IMG/VR virus record: IMGVR_UViG_3300028735_000003
Coordinates: 248,001 to 312,000 of that record
Reading direction: 5' to 3' (one strand)
DNA: 64,000 nucleotides
Under the pieces are notes generated by a model that ran no database searches, was not told where the DNA came from, and saw only the letters and a program-made list of their open reading frames with translations. Made by a program: the position numbers and the translations under genes. Positions 39,767 to 50,434 of this stretch are shown one piece after another; the first letter of the stretch is position 1, and each line of letters opens with the position of its first letter.

Positions 39767-39889
39767 ATTCGCAAAACGTCATTATATTATAATTAGCTTT
39801 CGCTAATCTATCAATATCAGACATACATAGTGGATCAGAAAAATATAACAAAGGACCGCTAACTATTACATGAAATTTCATATAATTCA

Positions 39890-40642
39890 TTATTTGAATA
39901 TCAGAATTGGTAAATCTAACGGAGATGTCTTACCATCAACCACAATCTCCTGAGTCAACTCAACTTTTTCTTTTGTTAACGACTCTCTCTTACTTATAAC
40001 TACTTTGTAGATATCCGGAGCTAGACTTGCCATCCATTTTCCGGTTCCATTAGTACGTCCTTTGAAAACTCTATCTCCTGAACTAGCCTTAAACACTTCT
40101 ACATCAGCTAGAAATACAGATTTGCTATTTTTATCTACAACTCTTTGTTGTACAGGTATAGAGTTGTTCATAATGACATTTGTATGCGCTTGTTGAGTAT
40201 GATCAGAAGATTGCTGCTGCATAGCAGCAGCCGGAACAATTACTTCCGACTTTGGGACTTGTATTGGAAACTTTGGCGAAACTGTTGTTTTAGATGGAAG
40301 ATATGAATTATCTCCAGCATATGTCTCAGGTCTAGATGTTCTTCTAAAACCCTTTGGTCTATTCTCTAGTGGTAATTTATCTTCGGAAGAAATTGGAATT
40401 TGTACCGGTGTCTCTGGAACATTTCCAAAAATTGTCGCAGTATTAACCGCTTCAACTGTAACTGGAGCTGGAGCTGGAGCTACATTCTGCACTTGCTGTG
40501 TTTGTTTCGCAAGCAAAGAGTTAATCTTATTTGATAAAACCTTCATATTGAGGTCTTGGTTTCTAACAAGATTAAGCAAAATATCTACTTTTGTCTCTAA
40601 CTCTAACAACACATCTGTTGCTTTTCTTGGTTCATTTGTCAA
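39890..40642 (-). CDS. Hypothetical protein (N-terminal coiled coil, C-terminal beta-sandwich-like)
   Basis: 250 aa; RTNGTGKWMASLAPDIYKV resembles a carboxypeptidase-regulatory-like fold. Confidence 0.6.
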   Translation of the reverse strand: MTNEPRKATDVLLELETKVDILLNLVRNQDLNMKVLSNKINSLLAKQTQQVQNVAPAPAPVTVEAVNTATIFGNVPETPVQIPISSEDKLPLENRPKGFRRTSRPETYAGDNSYLPSKTTVSPKFPIQVPKSEVIVPAAAMQQQSSDHTQQAHTNVIMNNSIPVQQRVVDKNSKSVFLADVEVFKASSGDRVFKGRTNGTGKWMASLAPDIYKVVISKRESLTKEKVELTQEIVVDGKTSPLDLPILIFK

Positions 40643-40653
40643 GGTATGTCCCC

Positions 40654-41346
40654 TTATTCTAAGAATAAACCTAGTTTAAGTTTTATCTTTTTAAGAACAA
40701 CAATATCTTCTACTGGAATTTGTCTACCATCACATAAAGGATGGTCTCCAAATACCAACGAACCAGCTAACTCTTCTATATCTTTCATAGAACCAGTGCT
40801 TACTATTGTGCCTTTTAACAATAAGATATAATGATCGTCTGGCAATACAGACAGATCATTTTTTACTTCATGTAAAAGATCTTGTTTTGTCATGAATTGC
40901 TTTGGTTCAGTATCATTTGGCGCATCTAGTTGAACTTCTTCTAATAACCCAGGAATGTTAACTGTATAATTATTATCGATCATCTGATGATCCGGGTTCA
41001 AATTTTCTTGAACTACTTCTCCACTAATATCGTCAATCATTTGACTATCTACTCCTGCCCAAGTCTGTTCTATATTATTACCAACATTTGGTATAGGACT
41101 ATTTCCTATAGTAGAAGACAACTCTTCTGGTTTAGCATATGGCTGTCTAATATTAAGTCTTCGAGTTCTCGGATTATCTTCCTGAGATGGAATCCTAGCG
41201 ATTAGAACATTAACTGGCAGTGTTTTTATATCTTGTGTGATAGGCTCAATACCAAGAGTTTGGTATTGAGGTACATATGGCTGCCTGACGGCATCGATTT
41301 TTGTCCTTGCCGGATTTTTATATGTTTTTACGGTGTCGTCAGACAT
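40654..41346 (-). CDS. Hypothetical protein
   Basis: 230 aa ORF; AGGAG RBS. Confidence 0.65.
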   Translation of the reverse strand: MSDDTVKTYKNPARTKIDAVRQPYVPQYQTLGIEPITQDIKTLPVNVLIARIPSQEDNPRTRRLNIRQPYAKPEELSSTIGNSPIPNVGNNIEQTWAGVDSQMIDDISGEVVQENLNPDHQMIDNNYTVNIPGLLEEVQLDAPNDTEPKQFMTKQDLLHEVKNDLSVLPDDHYILLLKGTIVSTGSMKDIEELAGSLVFGDHPLCDGRQIPVEDIVVLKKIKLKLGLFLE

Positions 41347-41392
41347 CCATATACTCCTTATTCTTTAAATTTTGAAGGGTGGTTTACCATAT

Positions 41393-41746
41393 TTATACAT
41401 CTTTAGACTTCTTCTCAGAAGAATGAGTGTTGACGCAACGTCCTTTCGTACACTCATCCATTGCCTTTCTGCGCGATTCATTGCGCTTCCTTCTGCGTTT
41501 ATCAGAAGGCTTCTCATAAGTTCGTTTCTCCTTATAAGAAGATAATATTCGTTCCTTTTGAACAAGCGCCCTAAATGCTTTTAGAGCCTTTTCAAAGTTA
41601 TTTCCATAAACTTTGACTTCAAGTGGAGTAGCCTGTACTGCATCACTTATTGAATGAGTAGACGAATCTCGGCTTTCTGTGTCACCTCCCTTCAACGCCT
41701 TTTCTGAATTGTCATTACCACGTTTATTATGTTTGTGTTCTTTCAT
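41393..41746 (-). CDS. rpsU: Ribosomal protein bS21 with terminal extensions
   Basis: EVKVYGNNFEKALKAFRALVQKERILSSYKEKRTYEKPSDKRRRK. Confidence 0.88.
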   Translation of the reverse strand: MKEHKHNKRGNDNSEKALKGGDTESRDSSTHSISDAVQATPLEVKVYGNNFEKALKAFRALVQKERILSSYKEKRTYEKPSDKRRRKRNESRRKAMDECTKGRCVNTHSSEKKSKDV

Positions 41747-41776
41747 ATATACTAACTAACCTATATTTAACTTTCT

Positions 41777-43090
41777 TTATTTATTGAAATATTTTTCAGT
41801 TTTAATAACGTTACTACCATTTAAAATATTTTTATCCTTTATTAAGGACTTAAGCGCCGCATTTATATCAGAAGCTATAGGAGACTTGCGATTGTGTGAT
41901 AATGCTTCGAACATAGCTGAAATATAAAGCTCTTTCAAATATGCATAAGAAAAATTGTTTTGAACAGCATATCTTGCAAGATCTTTAGCCTTCGCCATAT
42001 TGATCATATTACCAAACCATCTCTTAATATATATATAAGCCATTTCTTGAGTTGGTAAAGGAATTTCGAATTTTCTATCAAATCTTGATGGTCTATCAGT
42101 AATATTCTTTTTTAATTTTGTAATATCATTGGCAGTAGCTATAACAAGCAAACCGTTTGTCGCAGATATACCATCCATTAGGTTTAAGAAAGATGATGTA
42201 TCAATATTCTCTAAAAGAGAATCTAAATCCTCAAAATATAACAAAGATGGACTTTGTCTTTCGGCGTAATCAAATGCATCACGAACCATACTGGTTGTTG
42301 CATCAGAAACGATAGTTACAGGTTTAAAATTATAAACAGATATAATTGTCTTAATTATAGAAGTCTTGCCATTGCCTGGTTTACCATACAACAGAATTCC
42401 GCGCTTCCAAGGAATCTTGTTTTGTATATAAAATTCGCGTGATGACAAAAAACTTTCAACTAAGCCCCTTAAACTATTCTTAATAGAATCAGGTAAGAAC
42501 AGATCATCCCAAGTAGAACTTCTATCATAAGGTATATCATCATCGCCAATAACCCTAATATGTAGATTAGATCTATCTCTGTCTTGCACCCAACTATCAA
42601 ACCTATTTCTCATAGAGACATAAGCTTCATAGTTAGATTCAGAAACCAATACAAAAAAACTTATTTCATCTTCATTTTGATTTCCTTTATGGAAAAGAGC
42701 AGCATGAATAAACTCAAGACCTTTTCCTTTAATTAAGAATACCCCTTGAATAAAGAATTTTTCGAAATCGTGTTCTGTTTTCCATGAAATTATTGAATCC
42801 TTGTACACACACTCAACGGTCAAATTTTGCTCTTTACAAAACTGTAAAAATTGCCCATCAATAATTATTCTATTTTGAACAAACTTATTTATATTATTAC
42901 GATCACTTAGTAATGATAATGAACCTTCCAGTACCCAATTCATCAGATCTATAAAGTTAGCTGTTGGTCTGGGCGCCCTAGAAGAAAAACGTCCAGTAGA
43001 TGATAAATCTGCAAGATATTTCTCAGTTAAGTGTTCCTGGCGTTCTAACTCTTCTGAAGATACATAAACTAAATTATTATTATTTTTCAT
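41777..43090 (-). CDS. AAA+ ATPase (classic clade) with unknown N-terminal domain
   Basis: KRGILLYGKPGNGKT, LLYFEDLD, IATAN, RPSRFDR. Confidence 0.9.
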   Translation of the reverse strand: MKNNNNLVYVSSEELERQEHLTEKYLADLSSTGRFSSRAPRPTANFIDLMNWVLEGSLSLLSDRNNINKFVQNRIIIDGQFLQFCKEQNLTVECVYKDSIISWKTEHDFEKFFIQGVFLIKGKGLEFIHAALFHKGNQNEDEISFFVLVSESNYEAYVSMRNRFDSWVQDRDRSNLHIRVIGDDDIPYDRSSTWDDLFLPDSIKNSLRGLVESFLSSREFYIQNKIPWKRGILLYGKPGNGKTSIIKTIISVYNFKPVTIVSDATTSMVRDAFDYAERQSPSLLYFEDLDSLLENIDTSSFLNLMDGISATNGLLVIATANDITKLKKNITDRPSRFDRKFEIPLPTQEMAYIYIKRWFGNMINMAKAKDLARYAVQNNFSYAYLKELYISAMFEALSHNRKSPIASDINAALKSLIKDKNILNGSNVIKTEKYFNK

Positions 43091-43097
43091 TTAACTC

Positions 43098-44906
43098 TTA
43101 CTCAGACTTTGTTGTAACCTGTTCGTTTTGTGTTAATGATTTCGTATTATTACATTTTGGATATGCAGAACATGCTAGGAACTTACTTCCGTCTCTCTTT
43201 GCCGTTCTATTATACATTGGACTTCCACATTTGTCGCATAATACCCCACCATGTCTCAAATATGCTTTATCTAGCTCAGCTTTAAAAGCCGGGTAGAATT
43301 TTTTAAGCATATCTATATAGTCTACTTTTTTATGTTCTACATCATCCAATTGTTTTTCCATCTTAGCTGTATAATCATAATCCATAAAAGTAAAATATTC
43401 TTTTAAAATATCTGTAATCTTCTTTCCAAGATCAGTTGCATGAAATACGTTATTTTTATTTTCAACATAATTTCTAGCAGTAATCTTACTTAACAATTCG
43501 GCATAAGTAGCTGGACGACCTATATTTTTTGAATCAAGCTCTTTGATAAGTTTATCTATAGAGTATCTGGGGGGTGGCTGAGTTTGTTTCTTCTCCATCT
43601 TGACAGCTTTGGGTCCGGATAATTTAAGAATATCTCCTTTTTTCAAATTAGGTATATCTATTGAGCTGGTGTCGTTGACACCTAATATATCCAAGAATCC
43701 TTTAGACTTCAACGCTTTTCCTGACGCCTTAACTTCTGCTGACTTGTCACCTTTAACATGTGCAGTAACTTTTAACGTATTATATACGGCAGGAAGCATT
43801 TGGCTTGCTACAAAATATTTCCAAATTGTCTCATATACTAGTTTTTCATCTGGATCAATAATTGCCATATTATTGTGTGGAAGCAAAGTTATCTCTGTTG
43901 GCCTAATGCATTCGTGTGCATCTTGAGCGGCATCTTTGTTATTATACTTGTTAGGTGTTGCTGGTATCTTATAACCTTCATTAGTTAACCAATCTCTTAC
44001 ATCAACAATCGCCTCCTCACCGACTCTAACAGAGTCAGTTCTAATGTAAGAACAATATCCACTTTCATATAATGACTGCGCAGCTTTCATAGTTCTATCT
44101 GCTGCAAATCCATGATTCTTAGACATGATACGTTGTAGGGTGGAAGTAACTAATGGTGCAACAGGATATTTTAGCTCTTCATTGGCAATCACATTTGACA
44201 CTATATATTCTGCATTTTTGTCACCCAACTTATCCTTCATGGCATTTGCCGATGCCAAATCTGTAAGCTTTCCAGAATATTTAGCGATAAAGCTATCGTT
44301 ACCATTTGATAGATTTACTTGAATAGTCCAGAACTCTTCTGGAAGAAAAGCTTCAATTTCTCTTTCTCTATCAACAATCATTCTAGTTACAACAGATTGG
44401 ACTCTGCCTGCTGATAACTTCGGACCAAAAAAGTTCATCAAAAATGGCGACGCCATAAATCCAACTATACGATCTAAAATTCTTCTTGCTTCCTGAGCAT
44501 GGAAAAGATCCATGTCAATATCTCTTGGGTTCTTTAAAGACTTCATTACTACAGATTTCTTAATCTCATTAAAAACTACACGTTTTATTGGTTTTCCAAT
44601 ATCTTCAAGCCTAGTTTTCAGATGCCAAGCTATTGCTTCTCCCTCTCTATCAGGGTCAGATGCAATCAATATTTGATCACATTCTTTTGCAGCAGACATA
44701 AGATCATCTAATACCTTTACCTTATCATCACTTAATACATACCTTGGCTTAAAATTATTTTCAATATCAACTCCAATCCCTAATCTTCCACCCTTTGCTA
44801 ACTCAGTAATATGACCAATACTAGCCATAACAACATAGTCTTTACCAAGAAAACCCTGTATAGTATTAGCCTTATGCGGTGACTCAACAATTATTAATGT
44901 TTTCAT
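43098..44906 (-). CDS. topA: DNA topoisomerase IA
   Basis: LIIVESP, ASDPDREGEAI, LSAGRVQS, CSYIRTDS, DAHECIRPT, IGRPATY, one C-terminal zinc ribbon. Confidence 0.96.
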   Translation of the reverse strand: MKTLIIVESPHKANTIQGFLGKDYVVMASIGHITELAKGGRLGIGVDIENNFKPRYVLSDDKVKVLDDLMSAAKECDQILIASDPDREGEAIAWHLKTRLEDIGKPIKRVVFNEIKKSVVMKSLKNPRDIDMDLFHAQEARRILDRIVGFMASPFLMNFFGPKLSAGRVQSVVTRMIVDREREIEAFLPEEFWTIQVNLSNGNDSFIAKYSGKLTDLASANAMKDKLGDKNAEYIVSNVIANEELKYPVAPLVTSTLQRIMSKNHGFAADRTMKAAQSLYESGYCSYIRTDSVRVGEEAIVDVRDWLTNEGYKIPATPNKYNNKDAAQDAHECIRPTEITLLPHNNMAIIDPDEKLVYETIWKYFVASQMLPAVYNTLKVTAHVKGDKSAEVKASGKALKSKGFLDILGVNDTSSIDIPNLKKGDILKLSGPKAVKMEKKQTQPPPRYSIDKLIKELDSKNIGRPATYAELLSKITARNYVENKNNVFHATDLGKKITDILKEYFTFMDYDYTAKMEKQLDDVEHKKVDYIDMLKKFYPAFKAELDKAYLRHGGVLCDKCGSPMYNRTAKRDGSKFLACSAYPKCNNTKSLTQNEQVTTKSE

Positions 44907-44997
44907 ACCAAATCCTTATTAGACAACTTATGTTCAGTCGCATACGCCCAATGTAAATATTCAAAAAAACTGCACAAGTTCTACAAAATATTTAATA

Positions 44998-45441
44998 TTA
45001 GAATAATTTATCAAATATTCTGTCGGATTTTCTGTTTACAATTTCTATAATATTCTGTATTGCTTTTTGTTTAAAACACCAATTTGTTCTTCCACAATCA
45101 CATGTTAAATATTCATAATAATCATTTTTAATATCTAAACCGTGTTTATGATGAACGCTGGAATCATATGACTTATATGATGGATCAAATGATAATAATG
45201 ATATGTTCTTAAAATCTCTTGGTGACTCAATATAATAAAAGTCGCTACACATTCTATCAGTATTTCTTACCACCCACCTAAATGCACTTAAGAAGTGTAC
45301 TATATCTTTTTGATGTACATTTAATCTGGTTTTAAAATAATAAGTTGGTGGAGATGAGCAATATTTGCATCTTGCACGAGCCAAAAAAGTTGATGATAAC
45401 TTAATATGTATTCCATCTTTATATTCGTTTCTTTTTGACAT
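44998..45441 (-). CDS. Hypothetical protein with split Cys pairs
   Basis: CKYC near the N-terminus, CDC near the C-terminus. Confidence 0.55.
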   Translation of the reverse strand: MSKRNEYKDGIHIKLSSTFLARARCKYCSSPPTYYFKTRLNVHQKDIVHFLSAFRWVVRNTDRMCSDFYYIESPRDFKNISLLSFDPSYKSYDSSVHHKHGLDIKNDYYEYLTCDCGRTNWCFKQKAIQNIIEIVNRKSDRIFDKLF

Positions 45442-46781
45442 TATTCGTATCTTTTGCCTAAAAGATCAAGCGCACTATCTACAATCTTTTTCCTGATTCT
45501 GTTAATATATACCATGCCGCCCATTTGATAGTGTGGTGGTACACGAAGATGTGTTACTGTAACCTCTGTGCCAGGCAATATATCTTGCATTTTGATCTTA
45601 GAAAACCCATAGCTCTTTACATTGGCTAGCAGAGGTTCTTTCGTAGTTTTATCAATCACATTCAAAAGCTTTCCAATATAAAATGGCTGAGAATAGGAGG
45701 CTTTTCTTCCTCCAATATAAAATTCTTGCGTGTTGTTTTTTATATCAAGTTTATCATTTACTACAGCATCAAATACACTTATTCCGTCGAATATATGTAA
45801 ATTAGGATCTAATAAAGAATCTACCCTATAGATCTTACCCCTTTTCTTAAAACAGAATGGGAATGAATCTTCCAACAACCTAATATACTCTTGAAAAATC
45901 TTGTTCTGAAAGCCACCAGTACGTCTTTTATGCAAAAGATACTCAACAATTTCTTCCGGATATATCTCCAGCATGTTCTTAAAAGCCTGATAAACTAGTA
46001 CTTTATGAATTAAAGTAAAATCCGTTCCATTATATGGAACATTATTGCTTTGATTGTCAATAATATCTTTTAATAGTCTTACATTATTATCTAGTTCTTC
46101 ATTACGCTTTAATTGTGTATGAGAATCTATACTTAATAAGCTATTATCTACTTTTATAACAAGATCTGTGTCTCCGAAAAATCTTTCCGGATTTGTTTGT
46201 GAACTTGGATGGTTCATCTTTTTTAGATCTGTTATGTTACCAACAAAATAACAATCCAAGTACGGACAAGAAATCGTATCAGAACCGCCATATATTGGCT
46301 TTGGAATAAATCTATTACAATTTGGGCATTTATAACCATTCTTGTTGTGATGCTTAAACGATTTAAAAAAGCTCTGTTTTTTATGGTCTGTTGTTGATAA
46401 GTATGCGCGTGAACACTCATCACATTTAAATATATTGCCTGTAGGTATAATAAGATTGGTCTTACACAAGAACAAACAACCGGGACATAGATATTCTATG
46501 GTTTTCTTATAAGATTGCGCCGCAAGTTGCTTTGCAAATGTATTAGATATATAGAATAAATATGAGTCTACGCCCTCAGTGGAATTATTATTATTGACAA
46601 ATGTCACACAACCAGATCTTAATTTACCTATTAATTCTGATATAAAGGCATCAAAAGATAAATTAGTAGCGTATGGATTAGATACTCTATGCAGAGTAGA
46701 TAACCCTCTATCATACCTTTCCAAAAAATCTTGAACTATAGCATCAATATCTGATAGATTTAACTGACTAGTTTCTTCCAT
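45441..46781 (-). CDS. Hypothetical multi-zinc-ribbon protein
   Basis: CPGC, CDEC, CPNC, CPYLDC. Confidence 0.65.
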   Translation of the reverse strand: MEETSQLNLSDIDAIVQDFLERYDRGLSTLHRVSNPYATNLSFDAFISELIGKLRSGCVTFVNNNNSTEGVDSYLFYISNTFAKQLAAQSYKKTIEYLCPGCLFLCKTNLIIPTGNIFKCDECSRAYLSTTDHKKQSFFKSFKHHNKNGYKCPNCNRFIPKPIYGGSDTISCPYLDCYFVGNITDLKKMNHPSSQTNPERFFGDTDLVIKVDNSLLSIDSHTQLKRNEELDNNVRLLKDIIDNQSNNVPYNGTDFTLIHKVLVYQAFKNMLEIYPEEIVEYLLHKRRTGGFQNKIFQEYIRLLEDSFPFCFKKRGKIYRVDSLLDPNLHIFDGISVFDAVVNDKLDIKNNTQEFYIGGRKASYSQPFYIGKLLNVIDKTTKEPLLANVKSYGFSKIKMQDILPGTEVTVTHLRVPPHYQMGGMVYINRIRKKIVDSALDLLGKRYE

Positions 46782-47781
46782 TTAACCTACCAAAAAAATT
46801 GCAAACTTCAGCAGCATCTGTATATGCAATCTGGAATCTTTCCAAAAATCTTAAATGATCTTTTAGTAAAGCATCACCCATTCCATACAAATGTTCTGCA
46901 CCAATAGTGTCTAATATAATCTTAGAATCGACATGACTAGCTACTTGACATGCGATACGAACTGGAAAATTAGATTTTATTGTTCCATCAATAATATTAG
47001 CTGATGGACGCTGAGTAGATAAAACTATAGAAATCTTAGCCGCTCTACACTTTTGCGCTAAACGACATAGTTTAGTGTAGAATTTATTATCGGCGTCTTG
47101 TAATATAATGTCAGCAAACTCATCAATCATCAATACGACATATGGAATATGTGAAGATGGTATTCCTTTTTTTAGTAGTTCGTATCTGAACTCCATCACC
47201 TTTAGCAATGTATCTAAAGTATTAATTGTATCTTTATATGTATAACCGACTTGTACATTCTTGAAATTATACTTTTCATATTCATAAAATTCAATGCCCT
47301 TTGGATCTATCAAAAATGTAAAAACATTGTTATAGTTCATAATATTAGCGATTAGGTTATGCATCAGTGTACTCTTGCCTGAGCCAGTGGTTCCAGCAAT
47401 AATCATATGAGGATTCTTAGCTAAATCCATCCAAACACGCTTTCCAAAAATATCTTGCCCCAATAGGCAAATCACATCACCATCTGGAACTTCATCGTCA
47501 ACAGCAAAGTACTCAAATAGATTTAATGTCGAAGTTCTACGTGTAACAAATTCCAATCTCACAATACCTTCGTCATAAAGTACTTTTATTGTAGGTCTTC
47601 CTGGCGCCTTAAGTGACATGGAAATTTCATCACAATATTTATGGACGTCTTTAACTTTGGCGCCCCGTTCTAAAACCAAATCATAGAATGCATAGTTATC
47701 AGTGTTTTTGTAATTTATACAATTAGCCCTAATATGAAGAGATTTTAGAATCTCATTCATTCTAGCAACATTATCCATCAC
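46768..47781 (-). CDS. FtsK/SpoIIIE-like ATPase (soluble, no transmembrane or gamma domain)
   Basis: PHMIIAGTTGSGKS, LIDPK, VLMIDEFAD, STQRPS, AEHLYGMGDAL. Confidence 0.9.
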   Translation of the reverse strand: MMDNVARMNEILKSLHIRANCINYKNTDNYAFYDLVLERGAKVKDVHKYCDEISMSLKAPGRPTIKVLYDEGIVRLEFVTRRTSTLNLFEYFAVDDEVPDGDVICLLGQDIFGKRVWMDLAKNPHMIIAGTTGSGKSTLMHNLIANIMNYNNVFTFLIDPKGIEFYEYEKYNFKNVQVGYTYKDTINTLDTLLKVMEFRYELLKKGIPSSHIPYVVLMIDEFADIILQDADNKFYTKLCRLAQKCRAAKISIVLSTQRPSANIIDGTIKSNFPVRIACQVASHVDSKIILDTIGAEHLYGMGDALLKDHLRFLERFQIAYTDAAEVCNFFGRLNGRN

Positions 47782-47850
47782 TACACCTCTGAGATAGATA
47801 CCCCTCTATTTCAGTAGAAATATAATCACGAATTTAGTACGTGCAAGGGC

Positions 47851-48258
47851 TCAGTATTTTACTAAATTGTTATATTTTCTAGCAATAATTTTTTTTAATT
47901 CAGATTCAGTGGGGGTAATAAAGCCAACTTTATCGCCCACCTTTATATTAGCACTATCTATTGTACCAAATGGAAATTCTACAACCAAATCACTAGGCTG
48001 ATCTTCTCCGACAGTATGTGTAGTGAACGGTTCTCCAACACATATTTGCGTAATTTTTCCATTACAGCAGAACACAATGTCTAATGGGCTTGGCGTATTT
48101 TTCATCCAAAATTTATTAATCCTAGGCGAAGAATATACAAAAGACATGATTGGCGGTGGAAATGGCTCAAACATCAATCCCATAGATTGTTCATCTTCGG
48201 ATATTGCCAATAATGTAGGAAATACATTATCATTGATATATATGTAACCATGTTCCAT
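47851..48258 (-). CDS. DUF192-family protein
   Basis: GLMF, FWMKNTPSPLDIVF, LVVEFP. Confidence 0.85.
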   Translation of the reverse strand: MEHGYIYINDNVFPTLLAISEDEQSMGLMFEPFPPPIMSFVYSSPRINKFWMKNTPSPLDIVFCCNGKITQICVGEPFTTHTVGEDQPSDLVVEFPFGTIDSANIKVGDKVGFITPTESELKKIIARKYNNLVKY

Positions 48259-48269
48259 TACTTATTGCC

Positions 48270-49760
48270 TCATCTAGACGTATCCACTGGAAAAGTTATT
48301 CTTGGAACCAATCTTTCAGCCAATTGTCTATTCTTACGGCTCATGATCAATTTATCAAGTCTTGTCTTTTGATCTAAAGGTAGATTACTAGTATCTAGTT
48401 GCATTGTAGACAATATAGATTCCAAACTTTCTTTCATTACAAAATAAGGTTTTATGATGCGCTCACTCAGTAACTCTGTAAGCTTATCTGGAATAAAATC
48501 TTTTTCAAGTTCATTCATAAACTCATCTAAACCTTTTCTCATATCTTCAGCATAATTATACGCCAATAATCTGCTTGAATTCGTTTTTCTAGTAATAATA
48601 GATCTTAGCAATTTACCATGCATTTTGCTAAGCAAATAATCTGCTTGAACTTCTAAACCAGAACCAGAATAATCTTCGAATGCAATAGCAGATAGTTCAG
48701 CAATCTCAGATAATGATGTCGCATTTGTGTTTCGTACAGAATTTAAACCCATCAAAATCGCATTATATGTGGAAACTATTTGCTCTGCTAGAATGGTTTT
48801 CATTTTAGCATTATCTGTATTAAGATATTTATCTAATAACGAAATAATTTCAACTCTCATGGATTGATCCATATCCAAGAATAAAGTGGAAGCCTTTTGC
48901 CAATCTGGTATAATCTTGGTATCCACTTCTTGAATGATTCTATTCGCTATAGATTCAGTAGATTTACTAGGTGCTGCTAGCGGGATTTCTCTAGTACCAA
49001 TTGGGGTTACTTCTGATGCACCTCCGGATGTTCTTTCTGGCGATTTTTCCACTACATTTGGTTTGGGTTCCATGTCTTCAAGTTTTTTTGCAGCTACTTG
49101 CAAAGATTGAAACATTTCATTCCATCTATTCTCAATTTCTATAAGAATAGAATTTGCTTCTTCAAGTCCCTCAAAATCATCACTAAAGGATTTAAACTTT
49201 ACTATATTGGATTGAAATTTAGAACACAACTTATATATTTGATGTGCCGAAGTTAATAGACTAATTCTTGCTCTACGTTTGATAGCAGCAGCACTATTAC
49301 CAAATCTCGGTCCCCTTAGCGTTGATAAGAATCTAGTTAAAGGATTTGATCCTACTGAAATTAATTCTGCCATTTCTACACTAGCTGACAATGGTAATGA
49401 CAATTGTTTAGTTAAATCTGGTGACACTGGAGTTTCTGGCGAAGCAGCGGGTTGTTTAGGTCTCTTCTTCCTTCTAGTTTGAGAATATGCAATTTGTGCT
49501 GCAATTATATCATTTCCTTCGTTTACAATTTCTACAAAATCTTTACCTAACACACCAAGTATGGTTGCCGGATCTTTTGGAATAGGATCAGTTATCCTAG
49601 ATCTTTCCATTAAAAACTTAGATGGCCAACCGTTCATCATCTTTTTCAGATGAATAAGATCATCAATGAATTCTGACACTTTCTTGTTCCATCTGGCTTT
49701 GCGCTCTCTAAGAGATTGCTGAACAGGATCAGATGATTTTTTTTGTGCTGTAACAATCAT
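48270..49760 (-). CDS. Hypothetical helical protein
   Basis: 496 aa ORF. Confidence 0.7.
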   Translation of the reverse strand: MIVTAQKKSSDPVQQSLRERKARWNKKVSEFIDDLIHLKKMMNGWPSKFLMERSRITDPIPKDPATILGVLGKDFVEIVNEGNDIIAAQIAYSQTRRKKRPKQPAASPETPVSPDLTKQLSLPLSASVEMAELISVGSNPLTRFLSTLRGPRFGNSAAAIKRRARISLLTSAHQIYKLCSKFQSNIVKFKSFSDDFEGLEEANSILIEIENRWNEMFQSLQVAAKKLEDMEPKPNVVEKSPERTSGGASEVTPIGTREIPLAAPSKSTESIANRIIQEVDTKIIPDWQKASTLFLDMDQSMRVEIISLLDKYLNTDNAKMKTILAEQIVSTYNAILMGLNSVRNTNATSLSEIAELSAIAFEDYSGSGLEVQADYLLSKMHGKLLRSIITRKTNSSRLLAYNYAEDMRKGLDEFMNELEKDFIPDKLTELLSERIIKPYFVMKESLESILSTMQLDTSNLPLDQKTRLDKLIMSRKNRQLAERLVPRITFPVDTSR

Positions 49761-49840
49761 ATATTAATGAACAAATATTACTATTTAATGGCTATACCCA
49801 CACTATCTAAGTAGTACACCAGACAACACAAAATAACAAA

Positions 49841-50422
49841 TCATATTACATGATCAATTATGCCATATTTCAAAGCTTCATTTGGTTCCAGAAATAAATC
49901 CCTTTTGCAATCTTCCTTTACTTTATTCAAATCATTTCCAGTACTATCTGCTAACATCTTCATAAGTTTATCATTATTCTTCTTAGCGAATTCAAAATAA
50001 TTTTTCGAATTAACCTGGTCATCTCCAGGTATAGGAAATTCGAATTGAATACCATGGATCATGATTTTAGAATTTTTGTAAGCATATCTTTTGCCCTTAG
50101 TACCGGATGCCAATAATATCGCTGCGGCAGAAAACGCTTTACCTAAACATATTGTTTTTACAGGGGCTCTGATCATATTAATAACGTCATAAATTTGCAC
50201 TAACGCATCTCCATCTCCACCATTTGAATGTATATAAATACTAATATCATCGGTTGGGCTCATATTATCATAATACAATAATAAAGCCGACAATTCTGAT
50301 GCCACCTCTTTTGTAATACCTTCCTTAAGAAATATTATTCTGTCTTTTGACAAAAAAACATATGATGTGTCATATTTTGTGTTCTTTAATAGTAAAAGAT
50401 TCTCTGCTTCATATAATTTCAT
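49841..50422 (-). CDS. clpP: ClpP protease subunit, catalytic triad intact
   Basis: YIHSNGG, CLGKAFSAAA (Ser), IMIHG (His), KRDLFL (Asp). Confidence 0.92.
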   Translation of the reverse strand: MKLYEAENLLLLKNTKYDTSYVFLSKDRIIFLKEGITKEVASELSALLLYYDNMSPTDDISIYIHSNGGDGDALVQIYDVINMIRAPVKTICLGKAFSAAAILLASGTKGKRYAYKNSKIMIHGIQFEFPIPGDDQVNSKNYFEFAKKNNDKLMKMLADSTGNDLNKVKEDCKRDLFLEPNEALKYGIIDHVI

Positions 50423-50434
50423 AATACAAAAACC

